64,000 nucleotides of DNA. Origin: Felis catus (Eukaryota). Shown in pieces: positions 52,574 through 64,000 of this stretch; the stretch's first letter is position 1; every line of letters begins with the position of its first letter. A program made the position numbers and the translations under genes. The stretch is from contig NC_058368.1 of assembly GCF_018350175.1 (NCBI RefSeq), forward strand, positions 179,058,001 through 179,122,000, given 5' to 3'. Under the pieces are notes generated by a model. That model had not been told where the DNA came from. It did not search any database and worked only from the letters and a program-made list of their open reading frames with translations.

Positions 52574-53370
52574 TAAGAACATTCTAGATCTACTTTCTTA
52601 ACAACTTTCAGATATATAACATGGTATTGTTAATTGCAGTCACCAAAGCCATTTGCTACCCTCCATTGTCCTTATCACCAGCTTCACTGGGGTCCCCATC
52701 ACTTTTCACCTGTAGCGGTTTCTGAACCCACCTACCTTCCTTCAGTTGTACCCCCCGTTTCAATCCATTTCTACAAAATGGCCAGAGGGAGCATTTTAAA
52801 AACAAAAGTGATCATACCATTGTCTGTCCAAAATCCTATACTAGCTCCCTGTTTTCCTCAGGATAATGTCCAGATGCCATGGCCTGACCTTCAAGGACTT
52901 TGAGATCTACCCCTTCCTATCTCTCAAGGTGATCTCCTGCTACACTATCCATCTGTCACTGAATTCCAGCCACCTTGGCCTTTCCACAGCTCAATTGAGT
53001 CAAGCTCTCTACTATGTTGGGTACCTCCTTCCAGCTTTATTTTCACCAATTACACTCTCATCCTCTTCACCTGCCACCTCCTACTCATCATTCAGGTCAC
53101 AGCTTAGATGGCACTCCGTCCAGGATATCACCTTGACCTCATGAGAGATCTGACCTTCTTATCCCATGATTTTAGGATACCTCACTTTCCCTTAACTTCA
53201 CATGCACCCACAAGACTATCTGCTTAATGACTCCTTTCCCAGCTAGACTATAAAGTCCCATGAAGACCAGGCTTGAGTCCATCCAATTCATTGTCATATT
53301 TCTAGTGCCAAGCACAGTGGCCTGCTGGCTACTTGATAAATATATCTCGGATAAACACTTGATCGCCAAT
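52300..53370 (+). mobile_element. L2 3' region, interrupted by the L1MA fragment
   Basis: caatccatttctacaaaatggccagagggagcattttaaaa, tcattcaggtcacagcttagatg, ctagactataaagtcccatgaagaccagg...ctagtgccaagcacagtg. Confidence 0.75.
52370..52642 (-). mobile_element. L1MA-type 3' end with internal (TG)n, inserted in an L2
   Basis: ctgagatgtaattgacatgtaacattgggtaagtttaaggtgta...ggtaagaacattctagatctact; TSD ccaaagccattt at 52358-52369 and 52643-52654. Confidence 0.85.
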
Positions 53371-53699
53371 GCATACGAAACTTCTACCACTAGACAAATA
53401 TTTCAACTAGATAGAAACATTCATTATCAACTCAAAGGCTTAAAAAGAGGAACAATGTTGGGGCCCAGCGTGCATGAAACAGGTGTGTAATGTGTCAGTG
53501 CTGAATATAAGTAAGAACAGATGCTAAGTGAAAGGTCTTTCAGAAGCTGTGGACCCTAAGGGAAATTCGGGAACAATGTCGAGAGACACCATGTCACAAA
53601 AAGCCATTTACCGTCTCTAGATTTTCAGATGCTGAGATGACCTGTGACTTAGTTAGAACAGCCACTGTGGTATGTATTTGGGTGTCAATCTTTATTTCT

Positions 53700-54170
53700 G
53701 GTATAAATGCCTTGATAGCACAGTGATTGGAAAAGAGTAGGAGCTCAACAAATACACATGTCTTTTTGAGATCATACGTGAAAGACAAAATACATGGGCA
53801 ATGTATCTGAAGAGATTTGACTTAGTTTGGGAATCTTAGGTGACCGGGAGGAGACAGCAAGAGAAAACTGGAGGGAAAGAAGAGGGAAGGGCATTCCACT
53901 CCCAGGAAAGCAAGCATACAGGTCCTGTAGCAGAAGGGAGTCACGTGGGTGAGAATGACTGAATGAAGACCCCTGAATCTGGGGTGAAGGAAATCTGGGT
54001 TAAGTCTGGTGAAAGGAGACAGGTGGGTAGCAGGAGCAAGACCCATAGACCCTCACAGGCCACGTGAAGTTTTGTCTTCATCCTCAAAGCAATGAGAAGA
54101 AATTAGAAGACTCCAAGAAGAGGAACACCCAGATCAGATTTGAACTGGGGAAGATCATTCTAACTGCAGT
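53700..54170 (-). mobile_element. L2 remnant
   Basis: caggccacgtgaagttttgtcttcatcctcaaagcaatgagaag...atcagatttgaactggggaagatcattctaactgcag. Confidence 0.65.
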
Positions 54171-54249
54171 AAGTTTAAATGTTTCCATTTCTGAGTAGAG
54201 TGTGGTGGATAAAAACGTCCTGGAAAATGACTACCAAAGCCAAATTTTC

Positions 54250-54490
54250 TTTTCTTTTGTTTTTTTTAAATCTTTTCTTTTTTAAAAATGTTTATTTTTG
54301 AGAGAGAGAGAGACAGAGAGAGACAGAGAGCACATGCAGGGGAGGGGCAGAGAAAGAGGGGAACAGAGAATCCAAAGAGGACTCTGTTCTGACAGCAGAC
54401 AGCCCGATGCACAGCTTGAACTCAGGAACCATGAGATCATGACCTGAGCCAAAGCCAGATGCCTAGCCACCTGAGCCACTCAGGCACCCC
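54250..54490 (-). mobile_element. Can-SINE
   Basis: T-rich tail, tgtttatttttgagagagag...gagatcatgacctgagccaaagcc...ctgagccactcaggcacccc. Confidence 0.92.
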
Positions 54491-55100
54491 TAAAGGTGGA
54501 TTTTCAAAATGAATGGGAAAACGTCAGGAAAGTAAAGAAACCATAGAGGAGAAACCCAAAGCAAAAGGGAAAATCTGGATACTTAGAGAGCAATAAAGCC
54601 AGCTTCTGCCCCCAAGGCATTTGTTCAACCTTTGTGTCCTTAAATTTCTATTTAGGTGGTCGCTTGGGGAATAGAAAGAATGAGATCAATTCGAGGGGCT
54701 GCTTGTTGGAGACCCTTGCATAAAGCTGGTATCCCAAACTGTTATGCCTTCTTACAAAAAACAAACAAACAAACAAACAAAAAACAGAAAAAAAATCTAT
54801 TGCATGAAAGGGAACAATAGAAAACTACCTGCTCCTTGGTGCTGGATGGAAAAGGACAACACATCTCCATTGAGTTTCTTAAGCATGAGTCAGTCCTCAC
54901 CTGGATTTTGTTTTGTGCGTGTTTTTGTTTTTGTTTTCCCATACTCATGTTCCTTGCTTGGTTCCACAAACAGAAATTTTAACTTGAAAAGGTTTCTGCT
55001 TGTTAGCATCCCTGTTTTCTTTAGAGCAAAATAAAAACTTCATTCCAAGACTAAAAATATATAACAATTGATAAAGTTCTAAAGAAATTTAGCTTTAAAA

Positions 55101-55310
55101 GGGGCGCCTGGGTGGCTGAGTCTGTTAAGCGTCTGACTTTAGTTCAGGTCATGATCTCACGGTTTGTGAGTTCGAGCCCCATGTTGGGCTCTGTGCTGAC
55201 AGCTCAGAGCCTGGAACCTGCTTTGAATTCTTTGTCTCCTTCTTTCTCTGCCCCTCCCCCACTTGTGCTCTGTCTCTCAAAACTAAATAAATGTAAAAAA
55301 AAATTTTTTT
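55101..55310 (+). mobile_element. Can-SINE (SINEC_Fc-like)
   Basis: ggggcgcctgggtggctgagtctgttaagcgtctgac; TSD aaga(a/c)atttagcttt on both sides. Confidence 0.94.
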
Positions 55311-55339
55311 AAGACATTTAGCTTTCAAAAATAATAATA

Positions 55340-57225
55340 ACAACAAAATGTCCAGGAATCATGGTCACCCAAAACAGAAACAGTGGAATCAGGCCCACAA
55401 AGACTCACTCAATTATACAGCAGAGAATATAAAATCTTATATTTAATATGCTTCACAATAGAAAAAGGATGCTTTAAAATATGACCAAGAAATAAAAACT
55501 ATAAAAGTGAAAAATTATATTTGAATAAGAACTAAATGGAATCTTCGAAAATACTTAAATAATTAAAATTCAAAACTCAGTCAGTGAGTTAAATTGAGTA
55601 ATAGACATAGCTAAAGAGAGAAATCAGTTAGCTAAAAAACAGGTTCAAAGAAATTACCCAGAATGAACCCCCAAAAACAAAAAATATAGAAAATATGAGA
55701 TATGGAAACATGGAGAAAAAGAGGTCTAACATACTTCAGTTGACATTTCAGAAAGGTAATAGAATGTATAGGGGAAACACAAATATCAAAAGAGAATAAT
55801 GAGCTAGAGTTTTTTATAATTGGTATTAAAAATCAAACTTCAGATTCAGGAAAATGAACTTCTAGATGTATAAAATAAACCCACTCTTAAGTAAATCATA
55901 GCAAAAGTGCAGACTATACAAGACAGGGAAGTGATCTTAAAAGCCACCACAGAAAAGAGACCAGAATGCCTATAAAGGAGCAACAGTAAGACTGACAGTT
56001 AACCTTAGCAGCTGATCACACTAAAAAAAAAAAAGCTAGAAGCCTATACCCAAGAAAATTTCCTTCCAACTTTCAGAATAAAATAAGAGTAATTAAAATT
56101 GAGAGAATTTACAAATAAAATTTGCTAAGGTTAATTATAAAAGATTTACTTCAAGAAGAAGGAAAACAAAATACAGAAGGTCAAAGATGACAGAAGTTAT
56201 GGCCTTTTTAAAATTGTGCTAAAAAACATATAAAATGTACCATTTTAACCATTTTTAGTGTACAGTACAGAAGTGTTGATGAAATTTTATTGGAAAAAAC
56301 ATACAAATAGATACTGTTTAAAATTATAATAATGTGTAATTTATGGAGTATCCGAAAGCCAAACTAAAATACTGCACAATCCTAGTGTAATATTTAAGAG
56401 GGAAGTGACAGTATCTTCTAAAATTCTTCTATTATTCAGGGGGACTGTAAAGATATTAACTTGAGATTTTATTACGTTAAATACGTATGATAGAATGCCT
56501 AAGTAGCCAAAGTAGCCACTAATAAAATTGAATATAAAATGTAACTTTCACAGGCATCTGGGTGGCTCTGTTGGCTGAGCATCTGACTATTGATTTCAGC
56601 TCACATCATGATCCCAGGATCATGGAATCAAGCCCCACGTCAAGCTCCATGCTGAGCATGGAGACTACTTAAGATTCTCTCTCTCTCTCTCTCTCTCTCT
56701 CTCCCCACTCCTGCCCCTCCCCTGCTCACACACATGCTCACTGTCTCTCTAAAAAAATAAAAATGTAAAAAAGTTACATTTTAAAAAATGTAACTTTCAT
56801 ATTAGTAAAAGGGAAAAAGCAAGTGAGAAAATTGAAAACCAATTTAAAAGGAGGAAAGAAAAAAGAAAAAAAAAATGATAGAAAAATCAGAATGGTGGGG
56901 AGGATTCCCAGCTAAGATGGTAGAAATAAATTCAAAACATTAGTGATTTCAAATAAAATCTAATACTGCATTATGGTGAATATTGTAATCAAACTACTAA
57001 TACGGAGGGACTTCCTAAAACCAATAACATGGCATCTAATATTTTTAAACCAATACATAATATATGTCACTATTGTTATTTAACACTGACCCAGAATCCT
57101 AGCCAATGCAGTCAGATAAGGAGAAAAAGAACTAGGATTCGAAGGGGAGAAACAAAACTTTCCATATTGACAGAATATTTTAACTACTTAGGAAATTCGA
57201 AAGACTCCATAGCAAATAGATTATA
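55340..57225 (+). mobile_element. Ancient L1M/HAL1-like remnant (ORF1-like region, spacer and ORF2 fragments)
   Basis: A-rich with atagacatagctaaagagagaaatcagt, gaaattacccagaatg and gcctataaaggagcaacagtaagactgacag. At 57070-57210 there is a decayed RT segment (cctagccaatgcagtcagataag...gaaacaaaactttccatatt). Confidence 0.75.
56551..56784 (+). mobile_element. Can-SINE (older subfamily) nested in the ancient L1
   Basis: caggcatctgggtggctctgttggctgagcatctgac...catgatcccaggatcatggaatcaagcccc; TSD aaaatgtaactttca at 56536-56550 and 56785-56799. Confidence 0.92.
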
Positions 57226-57229
57226 TGGA

Positions 57230-57700
57230 AGCAGCCAGACCATTATAGTAACACAGTAATGCAGGTGTGAGATGATGAGAACTTTGTTTAGGAAGTTGGC
57301 AGTGAAAATGGAAAGATGTGTATGAATCTGAAAGACATTTAGGAAGGAAAGGTAGAAACTCAAATGCAGACTATGTGGGAAGAAACAAAAAATAAGTTGT
57401 CAGGAAAATCTTAATCTTTTTTTGACTTGTGCAGCATGCTGGATCGTAGATCAGTGTGACGAGGGACATCATGTCCCTTTGGTTCTGGATATGCTAACTT
57501 TGACTTGCCTTTGAGATATGAAAGAGGAGGACAGCAGGTAAATGGACACACGGATGTGGAACTCAGCGAAAGGTCAGGCTGCATTTCCGCATAGCAGAAA
57601 TCTGCAGAGCAGGGGGAGCTAAAGCACTGGATTTGAGTTCATTCACCTAGGAAGAGGGAGCTGAGTAAAAGGAGGAACAGGCCAATCTTTACGACTTCCA
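57230..57700 (-). mobile_element. L2 remnant
   Basis: gtaatgcaggtgtgagatgatgag...gcagtgaaaatggaaagatgtgtatgaatctgaaagacatttagga. Confidence 0.7.
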
Positions 57701-58779
57701 AAGAGTCTGAGAAGTATGAGGAATATGAAAAGAGTTCTGTGTTATAGATGCAAAGATAAAAAAGTGTTTTGGAAAAGAGAGGTCAGCAGTAATAAAATGC
57801 TCAGGCTCATGCTATTTGGGATATCCTTAATTGTTGACATAATAGCATTATCATCTGTGGCTTATTCACAAAATATATTTGATTATGGTCAAGCTCTTCA
57901 TTGTTATCACCCCTATGGTACTCAAGACCAGTGGCTCTTCTCTCCTCCTAGAATACCCATCTGATAGAAACTCAGGATGTGATGATTAATGATATGACTT
58001 AGCCCAGCAAATTGTGATTTGGAAGAACATCCTTCTGAGAAGAAGTTCACCTGTGCACGAGCATCAGTCTCTACAGAGAACACTCTGATGATCAAACTGA
58101 ATGACTTTGACATTAGCCGCTACTTTGGGTAATATGGGTCTTTACATTATCTCTAATACATTAACAGAGAATTGAGAAGTGACTATAATCATATATTTAA
58201 AAAAAAAACAGTGTCCAAAATTTCAAACCAAAAATTCATGGTGGCTGAAACGTATATGGCTTCAAAAAATTGTAAATGTTGTGATCATAAGACAGTGATG
58301 CTTAGCAAAGTTGAGAGAGTGCAGGAGAAACCAAAGGGACTCTGCAGTGATTTGAGGAGCACAGGCCATGTCTGTTCCTAATCTAGAGAGTGGGCAGTTC
58401 CTATCACGTGTGTCTTACAGGAGGCAACCAAAGAGGCTAGTGGGAATATGAAACACACATTTTAAATTTTAAATACAGAATTACTATAATCCAAAACAAG
58501 TGCCTTGCAGGACAATGTACACTCTTTTTGAACTCAGAGCCCTTCACTTCTGTCAGGGCCTGTGTAATTAACACAGGAATTAATGAATCTATCGCTTCCC
58601 ACTGAGCTGCTCAATGTAGGTACCACTAATCAGTCACAGCTCCCTGTGCAGCTACTACCTCTAAATGCAGCCTCAGTGTCCTCCTCAACACAAGCCCAGG
58701 CAGCCACCAGCAATCCATCCTTGTGACATGTGACACCAGCCCTCCTCACCATGTAAGTGTCAGCACACTACCTGGCATG

Positions 58780-59400
58780 CCAGAATGTTCAGTGAAATGC
58801 TTGCAGAATGTCTGGGCTACACACTGGCAATAAACCCTGCATATGGCAAGCTCTCCTGCTCTCTCCCAGTCCACCTTCCTGCTATTCTCCCCTTTGCTCA
58901 CTAGCCACACTAGTCTGCTTTAACTTTCTCGGAAACTTCAAGTTCTTTCTTATTCAAGAATACATGCTCAGACTTTCCCTCCATAAAGGACTCTTCCTTT
59001 TATCCCTTGCATGGCTGGTTCATTAGCCTCCTTCACAGGTCAGTTGGAATTTCACTTCTTCAACACTGTGAGGTGATCCCAACATTAGACAAAGAAACTA
59101 AGGCACAGAGGCTGTCATTTGCCCAAGGTCATGTAGATAATTAGTTACTGGGATTCTTCACCATTACGTTATACCACGTCTTAACTACTCGCTTATTTCC
59201 CTCATTGGTGTTTAATACGGTTTGCAATTAGTTGGTGTATTTCCTTGCTTTTTGTTTTATCTCCCTCAGTACTAGATGAGGGCAGAATGAGGGGTGAACT
59301 ACATCTGTCTTGTTCACTGCAGTGTCCTAGCATAAAACTTGGCCAAATAGTAAGACTCAAAAATATTTATTGAATCAATCAATGAACTGGACTGAACTGA
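58780..59400 (+). mobile_element. L2 3' region with a nested MIR fragment
   Basis: tctgtcttgttcactgcagtgtcctagc...tagtaagactcaaaaatatttattgaatcaatcaatgaa (L2 terminus). Confidence 0.7.
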
Positions 59401-60339
59401 ATAAGCTGCATTAGCAGAGTAGATCTGAGTGACAGAGAGGCTAGTTTGGAGACTTGAAGGATGGGCGACCATCCGGGCCTCATAACAAAGTCCTTTTTAA
59501 TTTTCCATCCACCCCAAAGACACAATTAGCAGCAAGCCCAACAACTGAGAAATATATTATTTCCTATTAAGGAAACAAATTCCACTTTGAGGTGACACTG
59601 CCTCGGGTGCATCTGAAGTAGATCACCAAGTGTGCCCAGCCACCCTGATTCGGTTCACCATCCCTGACAATGACATCAGCTTGAATCTCACCCCTCTGGC
59701 TAACCAGACCTTTTATTATCTTGCATGTTCATATTTAGTTACAGGGGATTTGCAAACACATTTCCTAAATCTACGTATTTATTCAGTAAATTGATCTCTC
59801 ACCCAAGTCATGCTCTGAGGAACTGTCAGCCGCAGCATTTGACAGGAACAGCCATTTTTTGCACGAAGGCAAGGATTCTGCCAGCAAGCTAGGCTTCTAG
59901 ATGTCTAAGGAGGAGTTAACAAGAAAAGGAAATACTGCTTCAACCTGGACGAATGAATATCTTGTGTCATCCATGGCTTTTCCCTTAACTATCTACAGCA
60001 CAGATAGTCTTGTTCTGCAAAATTAAGCCATTTAAAGGGACAATGAAAGCAGACAGGCCCAGTGTTTTACACTTTGCTGTGAGCCAAGTAAGAGATCGGC
60101 ACCCAATAGAAGCAGTTTACTCAGCCTGTGAAGGATCGGCAGGGAGAAGCCAGTCCAGCATTACACCCGGGCAAAGGACAATCCACAGTGTAGGTAATTC
60201 ACATGAAAATGATGGGAAATCGACAACACCTCAAAGCCCTGATCCCTCTGCCTCTTTAGGGCCTCCAACTGGATATTAGGAAAGATGCGACGCTCTGGGG
60301 AAGGGCTGGCTAATTCACCGAAGACCTCCTCACTGAAAA

Positions 60340-62100
60340 ATACCTTGCCTCTGATCAGTTTTCAGTCCCCATGACTTTGCTATAGCATGTGAATATTGCT
60401 GATACTGCCTCCTTGAAATGCTCTCTTTCCTGACTCCTGGAATGCCAGTCTTCCTGTTTCCCTTCCTATGTCCCTGATCAGCCTTCCCTGGAAGGACTGG
60501 CCCTTCCTTCATCCCTTCAACCTGCTAATCTCCTGGGTTTCATCCTGAATTTTATAGCATTGCTCACCTTGTGCTATAGCTTCAAATACCTCTTCGGATC
60601 AATTTCTACCACAACTATATTTCTATTCTTTACTCTCTTGAACTCCAGATTTGTATCTAACTGCCTGCTGTACATTTCTATCAGGCTATGCCAATAAACA
60701 CCTCAAAATTTATCAAAATACACCATTTTCCACCAGAACTTCTCCTACCCTGTATTCATCATGCTGATGAGCAACGTCTAATCAAATAGGCCATAAAGTT
60801 CAACCACAGATAAGCTGATCTGGCCCTTTCCTCCAACTCCACTCCCACACACATTCAGTAAGTGTTGGCAATTCTGTCATTCACACACCCGTATCTTCTT
60901 CCTCCCCTTCTCCAGCCCCACTGTGACTGCCTTAGTTCAAGTCTTCTTGCCTGGATCCCTGCAACCCCTTCATTATTAACCTCCTGACATCCCTCCTCTA
61001 CACCACCTTCCACACACTCACCTTTCTTCCTCAGTGATCTTTCTAAAAGGTGAATCTAAATCATGTAAGTCCCCTGCTTTAGAGCTTCAATGGCTCCCAC
61101 TGCCAAAAGCAGGGGTTTCCAAACTGCACGATGAGAAACCAATTAAAGCGTGATTCTCAACAGATGCTTATTTATTTATGAATTATAACCAAGTGTTATT
61201 CTAAGTCAACTGTTCATAAAGTTTAATTTCTCCCTCTTGGAACAAAATAAAGAAATGTTCATCTTTCTACCTGATCCCAGCAGATGAGTCTCTGCACCCA
61301 CTGAGGTGCTCACTCTGTGCTCTGAAGATGGAGGGCAGCATTAATGATGATTGTCCCTGGGGGATGACATTAGATGACTCCATCTGGCATTCAAGGTGTC
61401 CCCAGTCGAGCTACCTGTCCAGATGCAGCATCCCCACTCTTCCACCAGCACAGCTTTGCCACCAGCCACTCTTCCCCACAAACGTGCTGTCCATGGCCAC
61501 AGCACAGCACAAAGAACCTAGGATTCCATGTCATATCCTTCCCTGCCGACGTCGAGCTGTGTGACCTAGAGTCCCTTTCTATATTTTTCCGGGCCTCAAG
61601 CTCCTCTTCTGTGAAATAAACATCATAATATCTATCCTTTGCAGGGTTGCTGTGAATAGTAAGTGAGGCAGAGTAAAAAGTGACACAGGGCCAAGCACAG
61701 AGGAGAAGCTTCACAAGTGGTATCCTGAAGGTAACAGGAACAATTAGAAGTTCTGTTCCACATGCCATTCCCTCTACTTGGAACTCGTGATTCTTATCCC
61801 CAGACCCGCCATGGGCTAATTTCTTGAATACCTTTCAATGTTTAGTTTAAAGTGTCACCTCCTCTGAGAATTACTGATCCTCCTGAGGTGGGGTTTGTCA
61901 TTTAAACCCGTCTGCACCCTGAGCCTTAGTTGCCTCATACCGTTGACCACTGCTCATGCCAGGGAGCTGGGATTTGCTTGCTGGGATGCATATCACTCAC
62001 GCCCACTGGGCTGCTGCTACTTAAGGAAGCCTCTCTTATTAATTTCAGAGTCCCCAGCACTTAAAGTGCCTAGCACATAACAGGTGCTCAGTGAATGTAG
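60340..62100 (+). mobile_element. Fragmented L2 with nested elements
   Basis: ctccttgaaatgctctctttcctg, ctcttgaactccagatttgtatctaactgcctgctg, tcaatggctcccactgcc, then agtgcctagcacataacaggtgctcagtgaatg. Interrupted at about 61110-61730 by hAT-like and MIR sequence. Confidence 0.65.
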
Positions 62101-62199
62101 GCTAATATTTTTATATGCAAAGGAAAAAGAGGGCTGTTTAAGATGCACGCATATGCACAATTTCATGTTACGATGACGGCTACTTACTTCATGGTTTAC

Positions 62200-62680
62200 A
62201 AAGTGCTTCCCCGTGTTTGTAATAAACAGGCTGTTAGCTCCCCCTCAGCACTGTAGCCACTCACAAAATAGATAATAAATTAAAGAGAAGTAACTGTTTG
62301 ACAATATCCCTTTGATGACAGTTTTCTCTTCCACTCTGATCTGATGCCAAGTTAATGTTATCATAAAATAATTCCATTAACTGCAATTGTGCAGTTTACT
62401 GAACCATTACTGTCATCAAAAAGTTAAATTATATTCAAAACCGAAAACAGAGGCTTACATAGGAATAAATGGCATCAACATGCAAATAAATTATATGCAG
62501 GAGAAACAGGAATAGCAATGTGACGGGCACTCCAGCCCAGGCTCGGCATAAACAGATGATTACATTTAAATATTTATTCATACATGAACAATGAAAACAA
62601 ATCATACTGGCAAGTGCCTTCGAGTTAAATTCGTATTTGTTTAAAAAGGCAGAGGCTTATGTATTCCCTCTGACTACAGG
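62200..62680. other. Putative ancient conserved non-coding element or exapted repeat
   Basis: AT-rich, non-SINE/LINE block with nested inverted repeats and dense TF motifs (see findings). Resembles ancient conserved repeat families, but the family is not established. Confidence 0.45.
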
Positions 62681-63739
62681 CTACATTGAGCATGCCTGAG
62701 CTTTATTTAGACAGTCTTACTGCCTAACATATGCATGACCAGGAGGGTGAACTAGTATATAATATTTACATAAGAAGAAACTGAACTGGTGGGAAGGCGA
62801 GGCAGGGACGTGAGAGGGAAGATGCACAGAATAAAGCGAGATGCAAAATAAAAAGCAAAAGAGAGCATCAGAAAACATCTGATCACCTGATGCTGAAGGC
62901 AAGCAGAGAATGGGTAATGATGTCTGGCCCTGGATGAATTGAGCCAGACTGAGGGTGTCCACTGGAGGTAAGCACCATTCTCCTTTGACGCCTATGCTGA
63001 TGGAGTGGATGCTCCAGTGCAGGCGATTGGCACTGTGCACACCGTGGCCATCCTTCCTGGCTCCCAGATGAGGGGCTGGAGAGTAGGAACACTCCCGAGA
63101 TGTTACGGCTCCTATCAGGACGTTGAGTACATTTCTCTTTCCCTGTCTAGTGACTCCTTCAAGGAGTGTGAGCTTACCTGGCCTGGCCCTATGTCAGCTT
63201 TTCTTTCTTCATTCCTTGAGAGGATATGAAGGTAAAGTCATGGTTGCCTGGACAGCTTTGCCACAACAGCAAGGAATCCTTTCCTGACAACTTCTGCTAC
63301 AAGTCATTTTTTTCCTACTGAAATCCTACCATATTTAGGGATGACAGTACCTAAACTTGAGCATCCTCATGCCTCTCCACAGCCCTGATGATGATACCCA
63401 GCAAGTCCCCCCTTCCAGGAGCAGCTGTCGTCACTCAGGACAGCTCCCCATCCTGGCCAACCATACTTTACACTTGCATGGCCCCCAACAAAGTTCTGGT
63501 TCTTAAATTTGCTTAATTAGATGAGGTAGAATGTGAAGTCTTACTCTGCTAATTCTTAGCTGTGTGACCTTTTTAAGTTTGAATCAAAACCTCAGTTTCC
63601 TTATCTATGAAAGGGGGACAGAAAAGGCATCCCATCTCACATTGAACGAGTGCCAGTACCTGCCATGTGCTGTTCTCAGCGCTTTGACAGTATGAACTAG
63701 TCAAAGACGGGAGCTTGGGAGCTGCCATTCTAGCAGGGA

Positions 63740-64000
63740 GATGGCAGTAAACAAAAGCATACTTAATTACTGTACAGTCCGTTAACATGTGATTAGCTCT
63801 ATGGGGAGGGGGGAAAAGACTACAAACAGAGTGACAGGGAGGGGAATCCAAAGTGCTGGGGCAGGAGTTGCAGTTTTCAATAGAGTAGGGAAAGAGACAT
63901 GTGAGTGAGGATGTGAGAAAGGAGAGGGAGTGAGCGAGCAGATATCAGGGGAAGGTGTCCAGGCCCTGAGTCAGGAGCCTGGGCCACAGCAAAGAGGCCT
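63740..64000 (-). mobile_element. L2 remnant (runs off the window)
   Basis: ggagttgcagttttcaatagagtagggaaagagacatgtgag...gagtgagcgagcagatatcaggggaaggtgtccaggc. Confidence 0.65.

Noticed and set aside
57975..58105. Box C (GTGATGA) and box D (CTGA) motifs suggesting a C/D snoRNA
   Set aside because: Antisense to the host transcript, no convincing terminal stem and no recognisable guide sequence.

Overview
This is mammalian genomic DNA, almost entirely intronic. Thirteen-odd kb-scale blocks of old repeats and twelve tRNA-derived Can-SINEs plus a young felid-type L1 3' end point to a feliform carnivore, most likely the cat family. The window lies inside DOCK2, transcribed on the minus strand. 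Three small internal coding exons are present: 42933-42825 (109 nt), 31538-31468 (71 nt) and 29680-29574 (107 nt). They have canonical AG/GT sites and matching phases, and splice to [95 protein letters not shown]. From memory these are roughly exons 23-25 of the human gene, between DHR-1 and DHR-2; the flanking exons were not found in the window. The rest is Can-SINE, L1, L2, MIR, MaLR/ERVL LTR and hAT remnants, simple repeats and a few repeat-free blocks. Nearly all ORFs in the supplied track are spurious. I cannot support a new multi-gene system here. The best leads are a tandem in-frame second 5' splice site 24 nt after the third exon, a well-formed 125-nt candidate poison exon at 4674-4550, and a hairpin- and motif-rich ancient element at about 62.2-62.7 kb. 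Repeat family names come from remembered consensus sequences, not a search, and old-repeat boundaries are approximate.
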